A stretch of 64,000 nucleotides of DNA from an uncultured Chloroflexia bacterium (lineage in GTDB: Bacteria > Chloroflexota > Limnocylindria > Limnocylindrales > CSP1-4): assembly GCA_963766735.1 (NCBI GenBank), contig CAVYBU010000008.1, positions 224,001-288,000 of the forward strand, in the 5' to 3' direction. This document shows, in pieces, positions 1 through 11,764 of the stretch (the first letter of the stretch is position 1; every line of letters starts with the position of its first letter). Made by a program: the position numbers and the translations under genes. The notes beneath the pieces were generated by a model that searched no databases, had not been told where the DNA came from, and worked only from the letters and a program-made list of their open reading frames with translations.

Positions 1-4
1 TCGC

Positions 5-550
5 ATGACCGACATCACGATCGGGGACATCCCGGCGACCGACGCCACCGTCCGCCTCGCGGCGAGCGGCGACGAGGTGGCGTTCGCGCGCCTGGTGGAG
101 CGACACCACGGATCAATGGCGAAGGTCGCCTACGCGGTGTGCGGTGATGTCGAGTCCGCACGGGACGCCACGCAGAGCGCGTGGGCCATCGCCTGGCGCC
201 GGCTCTCCACGCTCCGCGACCAGTCCCAGGTCCGATCCTGGCTCGTGGCGATCGCCGCGAACGAGGCTCGCCAGGTCGTGCGCAAGCGCGGCCGCCGGGT
301 CGTCGTGGACATCAGCGAATCACTGGACGCCGCGCCGGGGGCAGACCCCGCGGACCGGATCGGCGCCGTGGATCTCGCCCGTGTCCTTGCCAAGCTCAAG
401 CCCGACGACCGCGCGCTCCTCGCGCTCCGGTTCGTCGCCGGTCTCGACTCCACCGAGATCGCCGTGCAACTCCACCTCTCCCCGTCGGGCGTGCGCAGCC
501 GCCTCGCCCGGCTCATCGAGCGTCTCCGGACGGAGCTCGACCATGCCTGA
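5..550 (+). CDS. ECF RNA polymerase sigma factor (sigma-70 group 4)
   Basis: Region 2 (GDEVAFARLV...ARDATQSAWAIAW...RSWLVAIAANEAR) and region 4 (EIAVQLHLSPSGVRSRLARL); 181 aa. Confidence 0.93.
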   Translation: MTDITIGDIPATDATVRLAASGDEVAFARLVERHHGSMAKVAYAVCGDVESARDATQSAWAIAWRRLSTLRDQSQVRSWLVAIAANEARQVVRKRGRRVVVDISESLDAAPGADPADRIGAVDLARVLAKLKPDDRALLALRFVAGLDSTEIAVQLHLSPSGVRSRLARLIERLRTELDHA

Positions 551-1955
551 GCCGACGACCTTCGAAACCCGCCTGGCCGACGCCTTCGACCGGTACACCG
601 ACGCCGCTCCGCGCCACGTGAACGCCCGGGTGCTCGCCGCCGGGCTCGCCGCGGGCGGGCGTGGCCGAGGCTTCGCGCTGCCCCGCCTCGCGCCGCGGCT
701 CGGCGGTTTGCGCCTCGCGCTCGTGCTCGGCCTGCTGGCCCTCGCGAGCGTGGCCGGCCTGCTGTTTGCCGGCGGGTTCCTGGCTCCCGAGCCGGCACCG
801 CTGGGCGGCGGCGGCCGGATCCTGGTCCAGCTGACGGATGACGATAGGACGCACCTGTTCGGTGCCGACGGCACCATCCGGGCGTCGGCCACGATGCAAG
901 CCCGGGGATGCCCGCAACTGCTGGGCAACGTCGACGCGGTGAGGCTGGGCGGTTTCGGTGCGGATACGTTCCGCTCGTTCGACGCACACTTGTTCCCCTC
1001 GTTCAGCGGTCAAGGCCAACACCGGCAGCTCACGAACTACGGGGGCTTCGAAGTCTGGTCGGGCGACCGTGGGTCGAGGGCGTTCGTCGATCAGGCGGCG
1101 GGCGCCTCGGTGGTCACCTTCCGCGATGGCGACGTCGCCAACCCCCACATCGACTGGTATCCGATCGTCGGCGCCTCCGGTGGCGCGCTGTCGCCTTCCG
1201 GCGATGTCCTCGCCCTGGCCGTGCCCGATGGACCGGACGCCCTCCAGATCCACCTGCTGGGCGGCGGCACCGACAGGGTCATCGCGGGGCTGCCAGTTGA
1301 TGACCCGGAGGCGTATCCGTCGATCTCCTGGTCGCCCGACGGGTCGCGCTTCGCCGTCTCCACCCTGCCGGGTGATCGGGGCCTGACCCTCGTCACCCCG
1401 TCGGATGGGAGCGTCCGCAACGCGGGCCATCCGGATCTCGCGTCACGGTCGAGCTTGTACGTCCCTGCCGGCGCGTGGTCACCCGACGGTGGATCCATCG
1501 TCGCAATGACGGACACCGGCGAGCTGGAGGTGATCGACCTCGACGAGGGCGCCCACCAGGTCCTACCGTTCCTCGTTGGCCCGGCCATACCGGCCGTCAG
1601 GTGGTCGCCCGACGGCACGAGCCTGGCAGTTGTCACCGAGTGGCGAGGGTGGCCGGCGCGGCAGGCCGTCACGATCTACCCGCTCGACGGGTCGGAACCC
1701 CGCGTCGTCGAGCTGCCCGGGACGACTGGCGAGAGGTCGGAGATGGCCTGGTCGCCCGACGGCACGATGCTGCTCACGGTGGATACCGCCGGCCCGGTCA
1801 AGAGCCGGACCGGCGACGCCGCAAGGCTCTGGGCAACCGACGTCTGGGGCGACGCCCAGTCGAGGTCGATCGCGTCCGTGCCGCAAGCCGCCGACTTCCC
1901 GCTCCGCGGGCTGGGCGCTCCCTGTCTCGAATGGCTCCCGGAGGTTCAACCGTGA
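543..1955 (+). CDS. Putative anti-sigma/sensor membrane protein with TolB/WD40-like beta-propeller
   Basis: ATG 543 overlaps the sigma stop; short N-terminal helical segment (FETRLADAFDRY), one TM helix, repeated WSPDG motifs. Confidence 0.78.
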   Translation: MPEPTTFETRLADAFDRYTDAAPRHVNARVLAAGLAAGGRGRGFALPRLAPRLGGLRLALVLGLLALASVAGLLFAGGFLAPEPAPLGGGGRILVQLTDDDRTHLFGADGTIRASATMQARGCPQLLGNVDAVRLGGFGADTFRSFDAHLFPSFSGQGQHRQLTNYGGFEVWSGDRGSRAFVDQAAGASVVTFRDGDVANPHIDWYPIVGASGGALSPSGDVLALAVPDGPDALQIHLLGGGTDRVIAGLPVDDPEAYPSISWSPDGSRFAVSTLPGDRGLTLVTPSDGSVRNAGHPDLASRSSLYVPAGAWSPDGGSIVAMTDTGELEVIDLDEGAHQVLPFLVGPAIPAVRWSPDGTSLAVVTEWRGWPARQAVTIYPLDGSEPRVVELPGTTGERSEMAWSPDGTMLLTVDTAGPVKSRTGDAARLWATDVWGDAQSRSIASVPQAADFPLRGLGAPCLEWLPEVQP

Positions 1956-3088
1956 AGCGTCCCGTCCTGGCCATCGTGGCCGTCCTGGTTCTCGTCGGCT
2001 GCGGAAGCGCTCCAGCCGCCACGCCTGTCCCATCGGAGGCACCTTCGACGCCGGCGATCGCGTCCGAAGCCCCGACGGCAGACGCGACGCCCGCCCCGAC
2101 GCCCACCGCCGCACCGGACCTCGAGGCGGAGCTGGACAGCCTGCTGGGGACCGATTTCAACGGCTCCGCCCTCGTCGTGAAGGACGGCACGGTCCTCTAC
2201 GCGAAAGGCATCGGCATGGCCGACGACGCGAACAAGATCGCGAACACGCCGAGCACCCGCTTCCGCATCGGCTCGATCACCAAGCAATTCACTGCGATGG
2301 CGATCCTGATCCTCGAGTCACGCGGGCTCGTCAAGCAGGGCGACCCGGTGTGCGACTACCTGGACACGTGTCCGAAGGCGTGGAGCGGGGTCACGATCGA
2401 GCACCTGCTCGACCACACGTCCGGGATCGCGGACTTCACCGAACAGCCGGACTTCGACAGCATGATGGCGGCGACGCCGGCCGAGACCGTGGCGAGCGTC
2501 GCCAAGATCCCGCTGGAGTGGACGCCCGGCACGTCGTTCGGGTACACGAACACCGGGTACGTGCTGCTCGGCATGGCCATCGAGAAGGCGTCCGGCAAGC
2601 CCTACGAGGCGTTCCTCCAGGACGAGATCTTCGGTCCACTGGGGATGAAGGACTCCGGCTACGAGCACGGCGACACGCCGGCGCTCGCCGTCGGCTACGC
2701 GGACGGCTTCGAGGTGGCCGAACCGCTGGACATGTCCGTGCCGTACGCCGCGGGCGGCCTCTACTCCACCGTGCTGGATCTCCAGCGCTGGGAGGAGGCG
2801 CTGTACACGGAGCAGCTGGCGCCGGCCGCGGACATGGCGCGGTACTTCACACCGCTGTGGGATAACACGGACCTGCTCGGCTTCGGCTACGCCTACGGCA
2901 TCTACGTCGGCGACGAGCGCGGCTCGCAGCGCGTCTGGCACGACGGCGGGATCAACGGCTTCTACGCCGGGCTCTCGCGCTACCCGGATGACCGCATCGC
3001 CGTGGCGCTGCTCACCAATCGTGAGTCGTCCCCCGATCTCTTCCTGCTCACCCGGGCGGCCGCCCAGATCGCCCGCGAGGGCTCCTGA
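1952..3088 (+). CDS. Serine hydrolase, beta-lactamase/AmpC-like family lipoprotein
   Basis: GTGA overlap start; lipobox LVGC; SxxK (SITK), YxN (YTN) and HxG (WHDGG) motifs. Confidence 0.9.
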   Translation: MKRPVLAIVAVLVLVGCGSAPAATPVPSEAPSTPAIASEAPTADATPAPTPTAAPDLEAELDSLLGTDFNGSALVVKDGTVLYAKGIGMADDANKIANTPSTRFRIGSITKQFTAMAILILESRGLVKQGDPVCDYLDTCPKAWSGVTIEHLLDHTSGIADFTEQPDFDSMMAATPAETVASVAKIPLEWTPGTSFGYTNTGYVLLGMAIEKASGKPYEAFLQDEIFGPLGMKDSGYEHGDTPALAVGYADGFEVAEPLDMSVPYAAGGLYSTVLDLQRWEEALYTEQLAPAADMARYFTPLWDNTDLLGFGYAYGIYVGDERGSQRVWHDGGINGFYAGLSRYPDDRIAVALLTNRESSPDLFLLTRAAAQIAREGS

Positions 3089-3250
3089 CGGGACGCGCTC
3101 TCGACGAACGTCTGGTGCAGAGCGTCTCCCCCAAGCCGAAAACCTGCATCAATTCCGCTTGCGCCGACGCCATACCCTGCAGAACCGGCCGAGTGCGCCG
3201 GGAAGGGGCGCCGGCAGCGATGCCGGGGCCAGGGTGAGGGACCAGGGACC

Positions 3251-3815
3251 GTGGAACGGAGGGAGCTCGTCGAGCGGGCGGGGCGGGGCGATCACGACGC
3301 CTTCGCCGTGCTCGCCACGGCGTCCGCCACGCGCCTCGACGCGGCCGCACGCCTCATCCTGCGGGACCGCGAGCTCGCGCGCGACGCGGTCCAGAACGCC
3401 CTCGTACGCGCCTGGCGTGACCTGCCCGGGACTTCGTGACCCGGAGAGGTTCGACGCCTGGCTGCACCGTCTCCTCGTCAACAGCTGCCTCGACGAGGCC
3501 CGCCGGCGCCGGCGCCGTCCCATCGAGGTCGAGATCCTTCCCATCGACGAGCCGGTTGCGGGTGGCGACGCCGCACGCAGCCTCGCGGACCGCGACCTGG
3601 TCGAGCGGGCCCTGGCCCGGCTCGACCCGGAGCACCGGGCGCTCGTCGTCCTCCACTACTACCTCGGCTACCCGTTGCCCGAGGCCGCGGCCTCGCTCGG
3701 GATCTCCCTCCCGGCCGCGAAGTCTCGGCTGCACCGGGCGATGCAGGGCCTGCGCCGGACATTGACCACGGACGTGCCCCCCGTCCCCAGCCCGCAGGGA
3801 GGGAGGACGGCATGA
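3251..3815 (+). pseudogene. ECF sigma factor split by a one-base frameshift
   Basis: MERRELVERAGRGDHDAF...AWRDLPG in one frame continues as LRDPERFDAWL...AAKSRLHRA in the next; extra base in CTGCCCGGGACTT near 3422-3434. Confidence 0.8.
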
Positions 3816-5171
3816 CGACCGATCGACCGGTTCGACCCGTTCGAGCAGCGCATCACGGCCGCGATCGGCGAGATCGCCGCGCCGCGCCGGCCCGACTACC
3901 TCGAGGGCATCCTCCGGCAGACCGCGCGCACCTCGCAGCGGCCGCGCTGGAGCTTCCCGGCGCGATGGCTCCCAGTGCAGACGGCAGGCGCGGGTGGACG
4001 GGCGTCGCGTCGAGTCGTTGTCCGGACGGTGATCCTGCTCGTCGTCCTGGCTGCCCTCGTCGCCGGGGCCGCAATCGTCGGGAGCCGCCTGGTGACGCGA
4101 AGCGACCCGGTCCTGGGCGTCTTCGAGCGGACGGGAGACATGCCGCAGAACTGGCGGTTCTCCGTGACCCAGGCAGACGGGCGCGTTCTCGTGATCTCGC
4201 CCCCAGGCGCAGCCAGGTACGACCCGTCGACGGGTCGATTCACCGAGATCAGCTCCAGGCTGCCCGAGTCAGCGGAGTTCGGCAGCGCCACGGTGCTCAT
4301 GGACGGGCGGATCCTCGTGATCGGGCAGGGTCTGGACGGACGCCAGACGAGCACGCTGTTCGATCCCGAGACTGGGCGAGCTGTCGATGCCGGGCCTACG
4401 GTCGTTTCGCGCCTGGAACACGTCGCCGTCCGGTTGCAGGACGGGCGCGTGCTCCTCGCCGGCGGTGATCCGGCTCAGGTCGGCCAACTGCGCCCGGTGC
4501 AGGGTGCTGGCGGGGCCACGGCCACCGCAGAGCTCTATGACCCCGCGACCGGCACCTTCACGCCCACCGGGGACATGGCCCGGCCGCGAGGCCTCGGAGC
4601 CACTGCGACCCTCCTGGCCGACGGGCGCGTCCTCGTCGCCGGTGGCGCGGGCGGTGGCCCCGATGATCTCGCCGAGCTGTTCGACCCTACGACCGGTCAG
4701 TTCACGCCGACGGGCGCGATGAGCGAGCCCCGCACCGACTTCACGGCGACCCTGCTGGACGACGGACGAGTCCTGTTCGCCGGTGGGTACTCGACCGCGG
4801 GCGCCCCCAGGGTTCGTAGGCTGGCGACGGACGGGGACATCTACGACCCGGCCACGGGCACGTTCTCACCCACGCAGCCGATGGTGGTTCCACGTTTCGG
4901 CCACGTCGCGGCCCTCCTTCGCGACGGACGCGTCCTGATCGCCGGCGGGTATAGCACGGGCGAACTGCAGACACAGACCAGCGCCGCGGAGATCTTCGAC
5001 CCGTCGACGGGTCTGTTCGAGCCGACGAGCCCACTGGGGATCCCGCGCGCATACGCCGGTGCGGCAGTCCTTCCCAGCGGGGACGTTCTGGTATTCGGCG
5101 ACGCCACCCACCCGGACCGGGTTGGCCAGCCAAGCGGTCTCGCTTCGGGCACTGCGGAGATCTTCCGATGA
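3812..5171 (+). CDS. Putative anti-sigma/sensor membrane protein with Kelch/galactose-oxidase-type propeller (apparent frameshift just after the ATG)
   Basis: Repeats such as ATLLxDGRVLxAGG and AELYDPATGTFTPTG; TM helix; the N-terminal segment PIDRFDPFEQRITAAIGEIAAPRRPDYLEGIL is in frame with the propeller but not with ATG 3812. Confidence 0.75.
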
Positions 5172-5292
5172 CCAGCGCGTCTCGCGCTGCCGGACCCGCG
5201 AACGAATGGCCTGCAGGCTCTCCCGCATCGAACGCTCAGGCTCGAGCGGTCGTCAGCAAGACGAATCCGCCGCCACCCTAGGAGTCCCCGCC

Positions 5293-6345
5293 GTGACCAC
5301 CATCTCCCTGAGGCTGTCTGCTTTGCTCGCCGCGACCGTGCTGTGTGCGGCGTGCGCATCTGCCGCCCCGTCAGCCCCGGCCGCAACCGCCGCGCCATCC
5401 ACGTCCGCAACCCCGTCACTCGGAGCGAGTCCGGCCCCATCGCTCACTCCGGCCGCAACCGCGTCGCCCATCGGCACACCGTCCGGGCCACCGACCATCG
5501 ATTCGGCCGGCGCCATGACGATCCACATCTCGCCCGGAGCAGACTGGCTCGCGATTGCGGATGGCGCGGTGTGGACCGCGGCCGGTCGGGACATCGTGCG
5601 GCTCGACCCAGTCACCGGTGAGGTGGTAGACCGGACCGAGATCCTGGGCATCTGCCTGGGCTTCGATGTCGGCTATGACAGCCTGTGGGCCGGCAGCTGC
5701 GACGACCCGGCGATCTGGCGGATCGACCCAAAGAACGGGGAGGTGCTCGCCACGGTCCCCCTCGCCGTCGACGGGATCCAGGACGAAGGTTCCGTAGCGG
5801 CCGGAGAGGGCGGCGTCTGGGTGGTGTCCACGGCCAACGAGCTCATCAAGGTCGACCCGGTGACGAACAAGGTTGTCGGGAGCTGGCCGCTCCCGGTCGG
5901 CGCCGCGGCGGTCCGTGCCGGGCTGGGGTCGCTGTGGGTCACCGTCTCCACGGCGGACCAGGTCCTGCGGGTTGATCCGTCGGATCCCACCGTACAGACC
6001 CCCGTCGACGTCGGCGCCTACCCTCGGTTCCTGGCGGTCGGCGAGGACGCCGTGTGGGTAATGAACCAGCGCGACGGTTCGGTCACACGAGTCGCCGCGG
6101 ATGGCACTGTCGTCGCCACGATCAAGGTGTCGCCCCCGATCGAGGGCGGCGACATCGCAGTTGGCGGCGGTTCCGTCTGGGTCCAGCCCGGCGGGGAGCT
6201 GCTGGTGAGGATTGACCCGGCCACGAACGACGTCGTCGCAACCTACGGACCCAGGTCCGGGAGCGGCGGCGTCGCAGCCAACGAGGACGCTGTCTGGGTC
6301 TCGGCGCACGACGTGTCGACGGTTTGGAAATTGCCCCTGCGGTAG
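5293..6345 (+). CDS. Secreted lipoprotein with YVTN/Vgb-like beta-propeller
   Basis: RBS AGGAG then GTG; signal peptide with LCAAC lipobox; Pro/Ser/Thr linker; repeated GxxWV...RIDP blades. Confidence 0.8.
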   Translation: MTTISLRLSALLAATVLCAACASAAPSAPAATAAPSTSATPSLGASPAPSLTPAATASPIGTPSGPPTIDSAGAMTIHISPGADWLAIADGAVWTAAGRDIVRLDPVTGEVVDRTEILGICLGFDVGYDSLWAGSCDDPAIWRIDPKNGEVLATVPLAVDGIQDEGSVAAGEGGVWVVSTANELIKVDPVTNKVVGSWPLPVGAAAVRAGLGSLWVTVSTADQVLRVDPSDPTVQTPVDVGAYPRFLAVGEDAVWVMNQRDGSVTRVAADGTVVATIKVSPPIEGGDIAVGGGSVWVQPGGELLVRIDPATNDVVATYGPRSGSGGVAANEDAVWVSAHDVSTVWKLPLR

Positions 6346-6538
6346 TCGACCGGAATCCGAAGGCACCGGACGGCACTTGGGTCCTGGCGAGTGGGCAGCG
6401 GCACCCGCAGTGTTGATAATCGGCCACCCGTGACGGCCGGGATCGCCTTACGCGCCGCAGGTCGACGCTCCCTGGGCTCGCCATCCGGTCCGGCGCGGTG
6501 ACCAGCCTACGGCCACGTCTGCGTACGAACACTTGCAC

Positions 6539-6733
6539 ATGACAGGCTCGCGTCCCGAAGCCACAGACGGCTCCCCGGGGGAGTCTGTCCGACGCAGGGC
6601 CGAGGGCGATGTCGCGGCGTTCGCCCGGACCGTACGGCTCTACCAGGCGGGCGGAACCCGCCTGCTGCCTATCGTCTTGCCGCTGCGGGTCCCAAATCGC
6701 AATGAACGTTTGACACCCGTTGTCCACTCATAG
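6539..6733 (+). pseudogene. Remnant of an ECF sigma N-terminus
   Basis: VRRRAEGDVAAFARTVRLY resembles VRLAASGDEVAFARLVERH of the sigma at 5..550; the rest is unrecognisable. Confidence 0.45.
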
Positions 6734-6778
6734 AGTGCAACCGCGCCGCCCCCTGGCGCGGCACCGAGGGAGGACCGG

Positions 6779-8596
6779 GTGCGAGACATCGTCGAACAGG
6801 CGATGCGCGGCGATCGCGAGGCATTCGCGTGGCTGGTCAACCAGACCAGCGACCGGATGTACGCCGTCGCGACGCGGATCCTGCGCGACACGTACCTTGC
6901 CGAGGACGCCCTGCAGAGCGCCCTCGTCACGGCCTGGCGCCAGCTGCCCACCCTCCGGGACCCGGACCGCTTCGAAGCCTGGGTCCGCAAGCTCGTCGTT
7001 CATGCCTGCTACGCCGAGGCCAGGCGTCGCAGCACGTGGGCGGCCAACGTTCGCGCCCTGCCGATCGACGGACCGACGGGCCCGGACGACATCCTCGGTG
7101 TCTCCGATCGCGACGCACTCGACCGACGCCCACCGAGGGGCACCAGCCGGACTGGGGGACGGCGCCGCTCGTTCCCTGACGACAGATCCTGGCGTTCCGC
7201 GGCGGCCCGTCCCCCTGGGCGGGCTGCCGGCAGGACCGGCGAGCTCGCGCGAGCTCGGACGCATCGGACTGCGTGCGTGCGGCGCCAGGGTGCCCTGAGG
7301 ACGGGGGGCCTGCGAGGCTGGCGCCACGACGAACGTCCGAAGTGGGAGCCCGATGGCGCCAGGATCCTGTTCACGCGCTGGATCGACGGCCAGTGGGACC
7401 TCTGGGTGGCGGGCGCCGACGGGTCTGGCCTCGTGCAGCTCACGAACGACGCGGCCGAGGAGCAGGACGCCTCGTGGAGCGCCGCCGGGGACCGGATCCT
7501 GTTCAGGTCGGGCGAGGGCAAGGCCGGCGAGGTGTGGTCGATCTCACCGGACGGCTCGGACGCCAGGAGGCTGGCCTCGGGCGCGGTGACAAGTGCGGAC
7601 TGGCACCCGCTTGCGGTCCCGATCGACAACGGCTCGCCCATGGCGACGGACAGCCGCGGAGGCACGCCCTCCACGCCGGCATCGATCACGCCGAGGGACA
7701 CACCGAAGCCTGCTGTCGCTGCCGGTGAACCATGGATCATGTTCGAAGCAGGCGTCAGCGGCGCGCGCGACGGCGTCTTCCTGGTGCGAGAGGACGGGTC
7801 CGGGAGGCACCAGGTCGCTACCGGGGTGCCGGGCTCGCACAAGCACCCCGATTGGTCGCCCGACGGGCTGCGGATCGCGCTCGTGTCGGAGACCGATGAC
7901 TCGATCTGGATCGCCGACGTCGACGGCTCGACCAGCGAGCGGGTCGTCACGTGTCCGGGCGGGTGTGACTACCCGGCGTGGTCGCCGGACGGTCGAACGC
8001 TCGCGTTCACCGAGTACGAGAACGACCCGACGGTCACCGCCCCGACGGCGTCCTCGATCAAGCTGATCGACCTCGACACCGGGACGATCACGTCCGTTGT
8101 GCGCGAGGAGCGGCCGCTCCTGGTGGACGTCGCGCGCTGGTCACCTGACGGGATGCAGCTGGTCGTCGGTGTGGACCGGCTGGGCTCGGCCGGTGATGAG
8201 ACCGGGGCCGCGATCGCCGTCGTCCCGGCTGCAGGCGGCGACCTCCGCTATCTCACCGGCTTCGACACGTTCGCATACCACCCGGACTGGAGCTGGGTGA
8301 CGGACACGATCGTGTACGGGACCGATGTCCGCATGTTCAGGGTTCCGCAGCGGCCCGGCGATGACACCTGGAACCTGTTCACGGTCCGGCCCGACGGGAG
8401 CGGACTGGTGCAGGTGACGAGCGTCGCCGCCGGAGAGAGACTGGCCCACGCGTCGTGGACGCCGGACGGGACGCGGATCATCGCCATCGGAGAAAGGGCC
8501 GGGGCGGGCGTGTTCGTGGACCCGGCGAGCGGGGCGTTGACGACCATCGGAGGCTCCCGGATGACGCATCCGCGCCTGCGGCCCACGGTGCCGTGA
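6779..8596 (+). CDS. Chimeric ORF: ECF sigma region 2 fused to TolB-like (PD40) propeller domains; possibly a deletion-derived pseudogene
   Basis: RBS GAGGGAGG; first ~116 aa are sigma region 2 (GDREAF..AEDALQSAL..FEAWVRKL); no region 4; Arg-rich linker; then W[S/E]PDG repeats. Confidence 0.65.
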   Translation: MRDIVEQAMRGDREAFAWLVNQTSDRMYAVATRILRDTYLAEDALQSALVTAWRQLPTLRDPDRFEAWVRKLVVHACYAEARRRSTWAANVRALPIDGPTGPDDILGVSDRDALDRRPPRGTSRTGGRRRSFPDDRSWRSAAARPPGRAAGRTGELARARTHRTACVRRQGALRTGGLRGWRHDERPKWEPDGARILFTRWIDGQWDLWVAGADGSGLVQLTNDAAEEQDASWSAAGDRILFRSGEGKAGEVWSISPDGSDARRLASGAVTSADWHPLAVPIDNGSPMATDSRGGTPSTPASITPRDTPKPAVAAGEPWIMFEAGVSGARDGVFLVREDGSGRHQVATGVPGSHKHPDWSPDGLRIALVSETDDSIWIADVDGSTSERVVTCPGGCDYPAWSPDGRTLAFTEYENDPTVTAPTASSIKLIDLDTGTITSVVREERPLLVDVARWSPDGMQLVVGVDRLGSAGDETGAAIAVVPAAGGDLRYLTGFDTFAYHPDWSWVTDTIVYGTDVRMFRVPQRPGDDTWNLFTVRPDGSGLVQVTSVAAGERLAHASWTPDGTRIIAIGERAGAGVFVDPASGALTTIGGSRMTHPRLRPTVP

Positions 8597-8665
8597 ACGT
8601 TGATCGACGCCGCGGGGTACGCCCCGCTGCACTGGAGCCGCACGCGAGGCGCGTCAGGCTGGGCG

Positions 8666-9385
8666 TCAAGACGATTGGCGCCGCCGGAGCCCTGCCACGA
8701 GAACGCCGCCGACGACGACACCCACCACGACCAGCACGACCGTGACGACCGTCCCGTCTGCCCCCGACGTCGGGGCGCGGTCGCCGGGTCCCGGCGGCCA
8801 CGGAGCATCGAAGAACGCGACCAGGTCCGCCATCCCGCCGATGGCCTCCGTGCCGAACTCCTCACGGACCCCGGGCGCCAGCACGTACTTGCCGGTGGCG
8901 CCGTCCTCGGCCGCGCGGACCGCGATCCAGTAGGTCCCATCCTCCGGGGCGGTCGTCTGGACGCCGCCCCAGGCGATGAACCCGAGGCCGCCGTGGACCT
9001 CGCGCTCGCCGCCTTCGGCCTCGTGCGCGAGAGCGCCGTCGGTGCCCGTTGTGGTGGCGAGTGCAGCCGTCTCGTCATCCGCGGGTGCGGGCAGGCCCGG
9101 TCCCAGCACGGCGAACGAGGTCGGAATGCCGCCGGCGGCGTCCGGCGCGGTGACCTCCACCACCAGCGCGTCGCCCGCCCGCAGGTCCATCCGGTACCAG
9201 TCCACCTCGCCGGGCGCGTCGAGGGTGGCGCCGATCGCGCGCGAGAGCGTCGGGTCCTCGAGCACGAATGCCGTCCCCGGCGACTCGTTGCCGGGCTCCA
9301 CGACCATCGGCGCGTGGGCCGCGACGGGCGCCACGGCGACGGCGAGCAGCAGCGAGGCTGCGGCGATCCCGGCTCGGACTCTCAT
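8666..9385 (-). CDS. Secreted, C-terminally membrane-anchored protein with PPC-like beta-sandwich
   Basis: Signal peptide ending AHA; GEVDWYRMDLRAGD and GTYWIAV motifs; C-terminal TM followed by RRRQ. Confidence 0.65.
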   Translation of the reverse strand: MRVRAGIAAASLLLAVAVAPVAAHAPMVVEPGNESPGTAFVLEDPTLSRAIGATLDAPGEVDWYRMDLRAGDALVVEVTAPDAAGGIPTSFAVLGPGLPAPADDETAALATTTGTDGALAHEAEGGEREVHGGLGFIAWGGVQTTAPEDGTYWIAVRAAEDGATGKYVLAPGVREEFGTEAIGGMADLVAFFDAPWPPGPGDRAPTSGADGTVVTVVLVVVGVVVGGVLVAGLRRRQSS

Positions 9386-9455
9386 GTCTGCAGTTCGCTG
9401 CCGCGCGCCCGATGGATGCCATGACGCAAGGTCGGATGCGGCGTCGGGCACGCCT

Positions 9456-11740
<2,285 letters not shown>

Positions 11741-11764
11741 CCCGGGCGAACCCGCGGCCGGCCT

